NCBI GenBank assembly: GCA_049603795.1 | Contig: JBMYSY010000011.1 | Coordinates: forward strand, 920 to 64,919 | Length of the DNA stretch: 64,000 bases | Direction of reading: 5' to 3' | From: Magnetovibrionaceae bacterium | GTDB lineage: Bacteria; Pseudomonadota; Alphaproteobacteria; Rhodospirillales; JBMYSY01 | Notes under the pieces: model-generated | Database searches by the model: none | Told to the model about the DNA's origin: nothing | The model's input: the letters and a program-made list of their open reading frames with translations, nothing else | Translations under genes and position numbers: made by a program | Part shown: in pieces, positions 8,607 to 16,488 of the stretch | Position numbering within the stretch: position 1 is the stretch's first letter | Layout of the letters: every line of letters begins with the position of its first letter

Positions 8607-9314
8607 TCAGGCGGAGGCGGAGACCCGCGCTTCAGCCGCTTCCGGGTCGCGCAGGACGTAGCCCCGACCCCAGACGGTCTCAATGTAGTTCTCGCCTTCG
8701 GTGGCTTCGGTCAGCTTTTTGCGCAGCTTGCAGATGAAGACATCGATAATCTTCAATTCCGGCTCATCCATGCCGCCGTAGAGGTGGTTCAGGAACATTT
8801 CCTTGGTCAGCGTCGTACCTTTGCGCAGGCTCAACAGCTCCAGGATGCCGTATTCCTTGCCGGTCAGGTGGACCGAGCTTCCCTCGACCTCAACGGTGCG
8901 GGCGTCCAGGTTCACGGTCAGTTTGCCCGTTCGGATCACCGACTGGGCATGACCCTGGGACCGGCGAACAATCGCCTGAATACGGGCCAGCAGTTCCGCC
9001 TTGTTGAACGGCTTGGTGATGTAGTCGTCGGCACCGTGGCCGAGACCTTTCACCTTGTTGTCGGCCTCGGTCAGGCCCGACAGGATCAGAACCGGTGTCT
9101 GAATCCTTGAATCCCGAAGGCGGCGTAGAACCTCCATGCCGTCGATGTCCGGCAGCATCAAGTCCAGAATGATGATGTCATAGTCGTAAAGCTTGCCGAT
9201 CTCGAGCCCATCTTCCCCGAGATCGGTGGTATCAACCACCATGTTTTCCGACTTCAGCATCATCTCGACGCTTTGCCGGGTGGCGGGATCATCTTCGATG
9301 AGTAATACTCGCAC
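8607..9314 (-). CDS. ctrA: Cell-cycle/motility response regulator CtrA (OmpR family)
   Basis: It starts MRVLLIEDD (GTG start). Long stretches appear identical to Caulobacter CtrA as I remember it: [51 protein letters not shown] and [13 protein letters not shown]. Confidence 0.93.
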   Translation of the reverse strand: MRVLLIEDDPATRQSVEMMLKSENMVVDTTDLGEDGLEIGKLYDYDIIILDLMLPDIDGMEVLRRLRDSRIQTPVLILSGLTEADNKVKGLGHGADDYITKPFNKAELLARIQAIVRRSQGHAQSVIRTGKLTVNLDARTVEVEGSSVHLTGKEYGILELLSLRKGTTLTKEMFLNHLYGGMDEPELKIIDVFICKLRKKLTEATEGENYIETVWGRGYVLRDPEAAEARVSASA

Positions 9315-9330
9315 GGTCCTAACTCCAAAC

Positions 9331-9521
9331 GAATCGACTTGTCCAAAAACTTAGTCAAGTCTTAAGCATTTGTTAACCATAATTTACGTATTTTGGCACG
9401 GCGTTGTTTTCTAAGGATTATTTGAATCGCTCGATTCGTCTCAGATTCATGTAAGGACTCGCAAGTGGTTCATTTTTGCCCCCGATTCGCAAAAATAAGG
9501 CCCCGATTCGTTTGGCGATTC
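9331..9521. promoter_or_regulatory. Cluster of eight GANTC (CcrM-type methylation) sites, including four CGATTCG heptamers
   Basis: GANTC sites start at 9331, 9424, 9433, 9444, 9456, 9484, 9505 and 9517. CGATTCG starts at 9432, 9483, 9504 and 9516. The palindrome GAATCGCTCGATTC spans 9424-9437. Confidence 0.6.
9362..9380. promoter_or_regulatory. Canonical CtrA box TTAA-N7-TTAAC (TTAAGCATTTGTTAACCAT)
   Basis: TTAA lies at 9362-9365, a 7-nt spacer follows, and TTAA lies at 9373-9376. The second half extends to TTAACCAT, the extended CtrA half-site. The box sits 48-62 nt upstream of the ctrA GTG, in the ctrA-fliI divergent region. Confidence 0.6.
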
Positions 9522-9562
9522 GGTTTACCTTTAATTTGACCGCTTCAAAGAAGGATCCAGCC

Positions 9563-10963
9563 TTGGCTCTTCATGTCTCAAGCATCCTGAACGACATTGA
9601 ACGTATTGCGGATAAGCGAGTCGAAGGGCGCGTTTCCGCTGTCGTTGGGCTGATGGTCGAAGTGGCGGGCGTTGATGGGGTGCTGTCGATCGGTGATCAG
9701 TGTGTGATCCATGGACGCCATGGCGGACGGGTGGTTTGCGAATGCGTCGGGTTCCAGCGCGGCAAGGCGCTTTTGATGCCCTTTGGCTCCCTTGACGGCA
9801 TCGGGATCGGCTGCAAGGCGGAGGTTGGCCTGCAGGAACCCACGATTTCCCCCGACCACGGCTGGCTGGGCCGCGTCGTCAACGCCTTCGGTGATCCGAT
9901 TGACGGGCTGGGCCCTCTGCCGGCGGGTCGCCTCGCCTATCCCATCAAGGCGACGCCTCCATCCGCGCATGCTCGCCAGAGGGTTGGCGGCAAGGTCGAT
10001 CTGGGGGTTCGGGCGATGAACACTTTTCTGACCTGCTGCAAGGGCCAGCGGCTCGGCATCTTCGCCGGATCAGGCGTCGGCAAGTCGACGCTGCTGTCGA
10101 TGATGGCCCGTCACACGGATGCCGAAATCAACGTCATTGGCCTGATCGGTGAACGAGGGCGGGAAGCGCGGGAGTTCATCGAGGATAACCTGGGCCCGGA
10201 AGGGCTCGCGCGTTCCATCGTCATTGTGGCCACGGGGGATGAACCGCCGCTGATGCGCCGCCAGGCGGCCTATCTGACGCTCTCCGTCGCTGAATACTTC
10301 CGGGATCAGGGACACGACGTGCTCTGCATGATGGACAGCGTGACGCGCTTCGCCATGGCCCAGCGGGAAATCTCGCTCAGCGTGGGTGAGCCCCCGGCCT
10401 CGAAGGGCTATACGCCAAGCGTCTTCGCCGAACTACCGAGACTTCTTGAACGTGCCGGGCCGGGGCCGGAGGGGTCGGGCAACATCACGGGCCTGTTTAC
10501 CGTGCTCGTCGAGGGCGACGATCACAACGAGCCGATTTCGGATGCGGTACGTGGCATTCTGGACGGTCACGTCGTATTGGATCGCGACATCGCGGAGCGG
10601 GGGCGGTATCCGGCCATCAACGTTCTGCGCTCGATCAGCCGGACCATGCCGGGCTGCAATACGCCCGAACAGAACGAAGTGGTCAGCCGGGCCCGCCGCC
10701 TGATGGCGACCTATGACAACATGGCGGAATTGATCCGGCTGGGGGCCTATCGCGCGGGCTCCGATCCGGCGGTGGATGAATCGATCCAGTTCAATGCGGG
10801 CCTTGAGAGCTTCTTAACCCAATCGTCCGATGATCCTACAGGTCTCGATGCCGGATATGCCCTTCTCGCAGGTGTACTCGGCATGCCGGCCCCGCCGCCT
10901 CAACAGGTGGCGCAACAGGTGGCAGGGCCAGCTCAAGCGATGGATTTCGGCGAAGAAAGTTGA
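9563..10963 (+). CDS. fliI: Flagellum-specific ATPase FliI
   Basis: It has Walker A GSGVGKST, Walker B-like VLCMMDSVTRFA, and the F1/FliI-type body. The maximal ORF starts at TTG 9476. TTG 9563, preceded by AAGGA, gives a typical 466-aa FliI and leaves the GANTC array non-coding. The start remains uncertain. Confidence 0.9.
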   Translation: MALHVSSILNDIERIADKRVEGRVSAVVGLMVEVAGVDGVLSIGDQCVIHGRHGGRVVCECVGFQRGKALLMPFGSLDGIGIGCKAEVGLQEPTISPDHGWLGRVVNAFGDPIDGLGPLPAGRLAYPIKATPPSAHARQRVGGKVDLGVRAMNTFLTCCKGQRLGIFAGSGVGKSTLLSMMARHTDAEINVIGLIGERGREAREFIEDNLGPEGLARSIVIVATGDEPPLMRRQAAYLTLSVAEYFRDQGHDVLCMMDSVTRFAMAQREISLSVGEPPASKGYTPSVFAELPRLLERAGPGPEGSGNITGLFTVLVEGDDHNEPISDAVRGILDGHVVLDRDIAERGRYPAINVLRSISRTMPGCNTPEQNEVVSRARRLMATYDNMAELIRLGAYRAGSDPAVDESIQFNAGLESFLTQSSDDPTGLDAGYALLAGVLGMPAPPPQQVAQQVAGPAQAMDFGEES

Positions 10964-10980
10964 AGGGGAGGGACTAGGGC

Positions 10981-11409
10981 GTGGCGTCAGACTTGAAGAA
11001 CCTGATCAAACTCGCGGAATGGCGGGTGGACGAGAAGCGCCGCCGGTTGGGCGATTTTCTGCGCATGCTCGACGACCTCCATGATCGGGCACGCCGCCTG
11101 GAACAGGAAATGGTCCGCGAACAGGCGGAAGCGCTTCATGCCCCTACCGAGGCGGGTCTGTTTTACGGCACCTATGCCAACCAGGTGATCGCGCGGCGCG
11201 AGCGCATCCAGGAAACCATCCGCATGACCGAGGCCGAGGTCGATAAGGCCCGGGAAGAGCTGGCCGAAGAATTTCGGGACCTGAAGAAGTACGAACTCGC
11301 CCAGGCCGCCCGCGATGAGAAAGAAGCCCTCGAACAATCCCGCCGCGAACAGGCCTTCCTGGACGAACTCGGCATGCAGGCCCATCGGCGGAAGGCCGGT
11401 GGGTATTGA
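10981..11409 (+). CDS. fliJ: Flagellar export chaperone FliJ-like coiled-coil protein
   Basis: This 142-aa, charged, all-helical protein lies immediately downstream of fliI (GTG start). The position and composition are typical of alphaproteobacterial FliJ. Confidence 0.65.
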   Translation: MASDLKNLIKLAEWRVDEKRRRLGDFLRMLDDLHDRARRLEQEMVREQAEALHAPTEAGLFYGTYANQVIARRERIQETIRMTEAEVDKAREELAEEFRDLKKYELAQAARDEKEALEQSRREQAFLDELGMQAHRRKAGGY

Positions 11410-11497
11410 CGTCCGAGAAGAGTTTCACTACTTTTTGATGTGCAGAAAGGATTTTGCGATCAAAAGTGTTTGTTGACTTGATGAAGAGGTCCCGGAA

Positions 11498-12040
11498 ATG
11501 TCCACTACCTCAACTCGTTTCGAGCGGGCAACCAAATCGAACGGGCTTCTCGAGACCTTGTTGGACCGGTGGCGTGGGCAGTGCGAGACGTATAATGAGG
11601 ATTTTGATGACTATTCCCCAGAGCATATGAAGCATGCCCTGGAGATTGCAGCAGAGAATCCACCAGATCAGCGATACGGCATATATGTTTTGAACGATGG
11701 GGGAGAGTTTTTTGGTCTGTCTCACTTCAATCGCGCTCAGGTGAAGCGTACGACAGGCTGGACACTCAGGATTCACTGGACGTTGATGGCACCCCGCTTC
11801 GACTTCGAAGAGCAAAGTTTGGAAGATATTGCCGGAGTCACTGCGGATGTGCTCTACGCGGCTATCAAGGTTGCGGAAACCGAGTTGCCATGTGATCACA
11901 TCAAGTTTCATCTCAGCGGCATACCTGATCGACGGTACCTTTATGGCGTTGCTACTGGCCTTAAAATCGGAAGAATTTTTGGTGACGTCGAATACAGTGG
12001 TAACTGGCTGACACTCTCCGATTTGAATACAGGGCCTTGA
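11498..12040 (+). CDS. Hypothetical protein (orphan, lower-GC islet)
   Basis: The 180-aa ORF has a GAGG RBS. Its GC is visibly lower (about 49 percent by eye) than the flanks. No family was recognised. Confidence 0.55.
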   Translation: MSTTSTRFERATKSNGLLETLLDRWRGQCETYNEDFDDYSPEHMKHALEIAAENPPDQRYGIYVLNDGGEFFGLSHFNRAQVKRTTGWTLRIHWTLMAPRFDFEEQSLEDIAGVTADVLYAAIKVAETELPCDHIKFHLSGIPDRRYLYGVATGLKIGRIFGDVEYSGNWLTLSDLNTGP

Positions 12041-12185
12041 AACGACCGCATTTGCGAACTACAAAGTGTCAAGAGGAACGTTAATCTTTTGCATCTTATG
12101 ATCGAATAACGGACGATTGTGCCGCTAAAACTGCTAATAAACGGCCCCTATAGAAGGGCTGCAGCGACCGTGGGAGCCCGACACC

Positions 12186-12329
12186 ATGACTGACCAACAG
12201 CTATACTGCAAAGTCTTTGCGGCTTGCCTCAAGGCTGCCGTTGAAAACCCAGACAGCGCCCGTAACTTATCTTGGTTCCGTAAAAACATGATGGTCTGTG
12301 CGGGTGAGAAGGAAAAAAAGGCTGCCTAG
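12186..12329 (+). CDS. Possible 47-aa small ORF in the lower-GC islet
   Basis: The ATG..TAG ORF encodes MTDQQLYCKVFAACLKAAVENPDSARNLSWFRKNMMVCAGEKEKKAA. A 7-bp hairpin (AAAGGCT..AGCCTTT) follows. There is no homology evidence. Confidence 0.2.
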   Translation: MTDQQLYCKVFAACLKAAVENPDSARNLSWFRKNMMVCAGEKEKKAA

Positions 12330-12488
12330 CCGAGGAGCCTTTAGTCGAGTTCCGCCTGGAAGCTTAGGCGTATCCCGTCGGGTTAGCAGTTTCTGGCAGT
12401 TCAGGAGCCTGTCTATATAATTCGGCGTGCTGCGTAATACGCGAATGCACTACACAGATTCAACATTGCTTGAAACTTGCCGAGGACC

Positions 12489-13232
12489 ATGCCCACTGTC
12501 CTTATCACCGGCGGCAGCCGAGGCATTGGTGCCGCAACCGCCCGGCTGTTCGCCGAACGCGGGTTTGACCTCTGCTTCAGCTATGTGTCGGACGAAGCAT
12601 CGGCAGGGCGCGTTGTGGCCCAGTGTGAAGCCCTCGGACGACGTGCTCTGGCCCTAAAGGCGGACGTTGCCGACCCCGGCCAGATCAGGGCCCTGTTCGA
12701 GGCCTGCCGGGAGACCTTTGGTGGGCTCGATGTGCTGGTCAACAATGCCGGTATCGTCGGCGCGAGAGGCCGGTTCGAGGATCTCAACGGCGACGACATT
12801 CGCCGCACCTTCGACGTCAACGTTTATGGCCTGATTGCCGCCTGCCAAGCGGCCATTCCCCTGATGTCAACCCGCCAAGGGGGCCAAGGCGGGGCGATTG
12901 TGAACCTGTCGTCCATCGCCGCCACCTTGGGGAGCCCCGGTGAATATGTCCACTATGCGGCCTCCAAGGCGGCTGTGGATGCGATCACCATCGGGCTCGG
13001 CAAGGAACTGGGCCCGGAGGGCATCCGGGTGAACGCCGTCCAGGCCGGCACCACGGATACCGACATCCACGAGCGCGCAGGTAACCCCGAACGCCCGGCC
13101 ATGGTGGCCGCAACATCTCCGGTGGGCCGTTGTGCCGAGGCGGGAGAGATCGCCGAAGCCATCTATTGGCTCGCTTCGGATCAGGCGTCCTACGTCACCG
13201 CCAGCGTGATGCGCGTCGGCGGTGGGTTATAG
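12489..13232 (+). CDS. SDR-family oxidoreductase
   Basis: It shows TGGSRGIG, NNAG, and the YxxxK motif (YAASKAA). It is a classical 247-aa short-chain dehydrogenase starting at ATG 12489. Confidence 0.9.
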   Translation: MPTVLITGGSRGIGAATARLFAERGFDLCFSYVSDEASAGRVVAQCEALGRRALALKADVADPGQIRALFEACRETFGGLDVLVNNAGIVGARGRFEDLNGDDIRRTFDVNVYGLIAACQAAIPLMSTRQGGQGGAIVNLSSIAATLGSPGEYVHYAASKAAVDAITIGLGKELGPEGIRVNAVQAGTTDTDIHERAGNPERPAMVAATSPVGRCAEAGEIAEAIYWLASDQASYVTASVMRVGGGL

Positions 13233-13664
13233 GCCTTCCAGCTTCGCCGATAAAAACGCCCGCAGATCCACGACCTCTTTGTGGACCAATGAGACATAGA
13301 CCAGGTTCATGTTGGTCCGCTCCCGGACCATCTCACCGGTGAACGGCAGGTAGCTGAGCGCGCCCCGGCCGAATGAGGGTGAGGCGCTGCCAACCTGCCA
13401 TTCGGTCGAGAGTTGCACATCTACCAGCTTTAGCGATTCATCACCCTCGTTCTCGCCCGCGATCTCGAACGGAATGTTGGCGAGCCGCAGGTAGGCCATC
13501 TTGTCGGCGGCCTGGACGAAGCCGTCGATGAACTGGGCGGTCAGTACCTGCAACTCAGCCGCCCGGTCCGGCTCCTCCATGTGGCTGAGCAGATGGTCGC
13601 CGGTGTAGTGGTTGTGATGATGGTGGTGGTGAGTAGACCCGTGTTTCACGCCGTCATGTGGCAT
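13227..13664 (-). CDS. His-rich small protein (N-terminal HGSTHHHHHHNHYTGDH), function unknown; candidate metallochaperone
   Basis: The 145-aa ORF has a start that overlaps the stop of the upstream arginase-fold gene by 11 nt. Its N-terminus carries a His6 run plus 5 more His. The remainder matches no family I recognise. Confidence 0.65.
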   Translation of the reverse strand: MPHDGVKHGSTHHHHHHNHYTGDHLLSHMEEPDRAAELQVLTAQFIDGFVQAADKMAYLRLANIPFEIAGENEGDESLKLVDVQLSTEWQVGSASPSFGRGALSYLPFTGEMVRERTNMNLVYVSLVHKEVVDLRAFLSAKLEGL

Positions 13665-14901
13665 TGGACCAGCGCTCCCCTTCGAATTCGCCCGCCGGAA
13701 TGCGCACCGGCTTGTCGATCAGGCCCTTGTGGGCACCGAGCTTGCCGTTGGCGACCATGGAACCCAGCACGTCGACGACGATCCGCGTGCCCATCAGGGC
13801 GGTGATGTCGGACTGGTCATAGGGCGGGGAGATTTCCACCACTTCGATGCCGCAGATCCCTTCAGCGGCGACGGTGGATGCGATGGCCAGCGCCTCGCGC
13901 GGCAGGAAGCCGCCCGGTTCCGGCCAGCCTGTGCCGGGCACGAAGCCGCAGTCGATGCTGTCGATGTCAAAGGACATGTAGACCATATCGACGCCGTCCC
14001 AGGCCATCTCGAGGGCCATCTCGGCGACCTTGGCGGTGCCCAGCTGTTCCACGTCCGACATGGTGATGATGTTGGTCTCGCGTTCGCGCGCGACGGCCAC
14101 GGCTTCGCGGGGGACCTGCCAGCCGCCGATGCCGATCTGCACTAGGTTCTTGGCCGGTACGTTCGGCAGATTGGTGGCGTGGAACCAGGGTGTGGTGTGC
14201 ATGCGCTCGTCCAGGTCTTTTTCCTGGATGTCCGCATGGCGGTCAAAGTGGATGATGCCGATCTTCTTCGATGTACATTCGGCGAGACCCCGCACGGTGG
14301 GAAAGCCGATGGAGTGGTCACCACCGATGATGATTGGCAGCGAGCCTGTCGAGAAGACATGAGAGCAGGCGCGGCTGATCTGGTCGAAAGTCTTTTCGAT
14401 GTTGCCGGGGATGGTGAAGACATCGCCCGCATCGCAGAGCGTCATTTGCTCGCGCAGGTCCACCGACATTTCGTAGTTGTACGGCGTATAGAGCGCGGAG
14501 ATCCGCCGCACGGCCTGGGGACCGAAGCGGGTGCCGGGGCGGTAAGTGGTCCCACCGTCAAAGGGCACGCCCAGGACGGTGGCATCATACTTCGCCACTT
14601 CGGCCACATCTTCGGTGTAGGGTGCCTTCAGGAAGGTGTTGATGCCGGCATAGTGCGGCAGTTCGCCACGGGCGAAGGTCGGGATGGATTTGTCGTCCAG
14701 GCTGTCAGAGCCGGTAAGGCCCATCTTGAGCGCCCAGGCACGCTCTTTCTCCCATTCGCCACCGGGTAGGTTGGCTTCGTCCTGCATCGCCTTCCAGCCG
14801 CGCAACTTGCGCAGGTCCGGGTGGTGGTAGCGTCGCTCTCGTTCCCGGTTATCCGATTGATGGCGCGCGGTCGTGCGCTCAAACGGTTGGAAGAGTGTCA
14901 T
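13654..14901 (-). CDS. Arginase/agmatinase/ureohydrolase-family hydrolase (candidate guanidine hydrolase)
   Basis: It carries the metal-ligand blocks of the arginase fold: IIGGDHSIGF, HFDRHADI, SFDIDSIDCGF and EVVEISPPYD. It is 415 aa. Its start overlaps the ABC ATPase stop. Confidence 0.9.
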   Translation of the reverse strand: MTLFQPFERTTARHQSDNRERERRYHHPDLRKLRGWKAMQDEANLPGGEWEKERAWALKMGLTGSDSLDDKSIPTFARGELPHYAGINTFLKAPYTEDVAEVAKYDATVLGVPFDGGTTYRPGTRFGPQAVRRISALYTPYNYEMSVDLREQMTLCDAGDVFTIPGNIEKTFDQISRACSHVFSTGSLPIIIGGDHSIGFPTVRGLAECTSKKIGIIHFDRHADIQEKDLDERMHTTPWFHATNLPNVPAKNLVQIGIGGWQVPREAVAVARERETNIITMSDVEQLGTAKVAEMALEMAWDGVDMVYMSFDIDSIDCGFVPGTGWPEPGGFLPREALAIASTVAAEGICGIEVVEISPPYDQSDITALMGTRIVVDVLGSMVANGKLGAHKGLIDKPVRIPAGEFEGERWSNAT

Positions 14902-15649
14902 AGGTTTCCTCGCTTATTTGAAAGGGGATGCCGCCGTCGCGGGCATCGAAGTCATAGGTCACGGTAGCCCCGTAGGCGGCCGGGTCGTGTTCGTCCCAAC
15001 GCGGCTTGTCGAAAACCAGGACCCGGTCGCCGAGCTTGAAGCCCTCGGACAGGTCGTGCGTTACCATAAAGACGGTCATGGGTGATTCTGCGCGAAGTTC
15101 TGTGAGGAAATCGTGCATCTGAATCCTTGTGCCGGGGTCCAGCGCCCCGAAGGGCTCGTCGAGCAGCAGAATGCGCGGCTTCGCCATCAAGGCCTGACCG
15201 ATGGCGAGGCGCTGCTGCATGCCGCCGGATAAAGCCGACGGATAGGCCTTGGCCACATGCGACAGGCCGATGCGGTCCAAAACGACATCGGCCTCTTCGC
15301 TGGCCGCCCGTTTGGCCGGGCCGAACAAACGACCGAGGGGGCCAGTGGAAAACTCCTTCGCCGCGATCAGGTTGCCCTTGACGGTCAAGTGCGGAAACAC
15401 GGAATAGCGCTGGAAAACCACGCCCCGGTCCTGGCCGGGCTCCGTGGCGGGTTCGTTCCCGTCGATGCGGATTTCGCCCCTGGTCGGCGTTTCCTGGGCC
15501 AGCAGCATGCGGAGGAAAGTGGATTTGCCGCAGCCAGAGGCCCCGACGATGGAAACGAAGCTGCCCTCGTCCACATCCAGATTGACCCGTTCCAGGATCG
15601 GTCGGTTGTCGTAGTCCTTAAAGACGCCGCGTACGCTGACAAGGCTCAT
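14879..15649 (-). CDS. ABC transporter ATP-binding protein (NitT/TauT-type)
   Basis: It has Walker A GASGCGKST, the signature LSGGMQQRLAIG, and Walker B LLLDEPFGALD. It overlaps the permease stop by 4 nt. Confidence 0.92.
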   Translation of the reverse strand: MSLVSVRGVFKDYDNRPILERVNLDVDEGSFVSIVGASGCGKSTFLRMLLAQETPTRGEIRIDGNEPATEPGQDRGVVFQRYSVFPHLTVKGNLIAAKEFSTGPLGRLFGPAKRAASEEADVVLDRIGLSHVAKAYPSALSGGMQQRLAIGQALMAKPRILLLDEPFGALDPGTRIQMHDFLTELRAESPMTVFMVTHDLSEGFKLGDRVLVFDKPRWDEHDPAAYGATVTYDFDARDGGIPFQISEETYDTLPTV

Positions 15650-16458
15650 AGCGAGGCTCCTGCCCAGGGGAACAGTCGTTTGGACAACCGGTTCAGCAGC
15701 CAGTCGATGACGAAGGCCAGTGCGGTGATCCAGACGACGTAGTTCAGGATGATGTCCATGGCGAGATATCGCCGAACCAGGAAGATGCGATACCCGAGAC
15801 CGGAATCGGAGGCAATCGCCTCGGAGGCGATGAGGAACAGCCAGGCCGGCCCCAGCGACAGCCGTACGGCCTGTATAAGCCTCGGCAGGACCTGGGGAAG
15901 AGCGACGCGGAGCGCGATTACAAGGCTGGTTGCACCGAGCGTCTGGGCCTTCACGATCTGCTCGGTCGGTATTTCCCTCGTCCTTTGGGCCATGTCCCGG
16001 ATGAGAAACGGCGTTATGCCGATGGCAATCAGCGCGATCTTAGAGATCTCGCCCAAGCCGAATATGATGAAAAGAATGGGTAGAATGGCCAGCGGCGGCA
16101 CCATCGACAGGACCGCTATGAAACCGGCCAGGGTCGCACTGACGAAGGGCAGCAGGCCGATGGCGAGACCCAACCCTAGGCCAATGACCGCTGCCACACC
16201 AACGCCCACGGCCAGGCGTTGCAGGCTGATCACCGTGTCATTCCAGAACAGAATTTCGCCTGAGCGCCGGTCGGGCTGACTGATCAGCCGGGTGGCGGTG
16301 TCAACGATCTGGGCCGGGCTCGGCAGCAGTTTGTCGTTTGGATTGTCTGCACGGCGAATGTCGGATGCGACCGCATAAGCGATCAGCACCGCGAGGAAGG
16401 GCAACACTAAAAGTGCCAGCGCCACCCCTTTCTTCGGTGTTCGATTTATCAGTCGCAT
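15646..16458 (-). CDS. ABC transporter permease (NitT/TauT-type)
   Basis: It is a 270-aa polytopic membrane protein in the BPD_transp_1 style. It sits between the binding-protein and ATPase genes. Confidence 0.9.
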   Translation of the reverse strand: MRLINRTPKKGVALALLVLPFLAVLIAYAVASDIRRADNPNDKLLPSPAQIVDTATRLISQPDRRSGEILFWNDTVISLQRLAVGVGVAAVIGLGLGLAIGLLPFVSATLAGFIAVLSMVPPLAILPILFIIFGLGEISKIALIAIGITPFLIRDMAQRTREIPTEQIVKAQTLGATSLVIALRVALPQVLPRLIQAVRLSLGPAWLFLIASEAIASDSGLGYRIFLVRRYLAMDIILNYVVWITALAFVIDWLLNRLSKRLFPWAGASL

Positions 16459-16488
16459 CCGATTCTATCCCGCACTTGTGGTTGAACC

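Noticed and set aside
9394-9408. TGGCACGGCGTTGTT upstream of fliI, as a sigma54 promoter.
   Set aside because: The -24 half (TGGCAC) is perfect. The -12 element is TTGT or TGTT rather than TTGC, and the GG-to-G(C) spacing is off by one, so it is not a credible RpoN site.
11410-12476. The lower-GC islet (and the toxin-antitoxin cassette at 32400-33190), as mobile genetic elements.
   Set aside because: No integrase, transposase, tRNA target, or flanking direct or inverted terminal repeats could be found. They are reported only as compositional anomalies.
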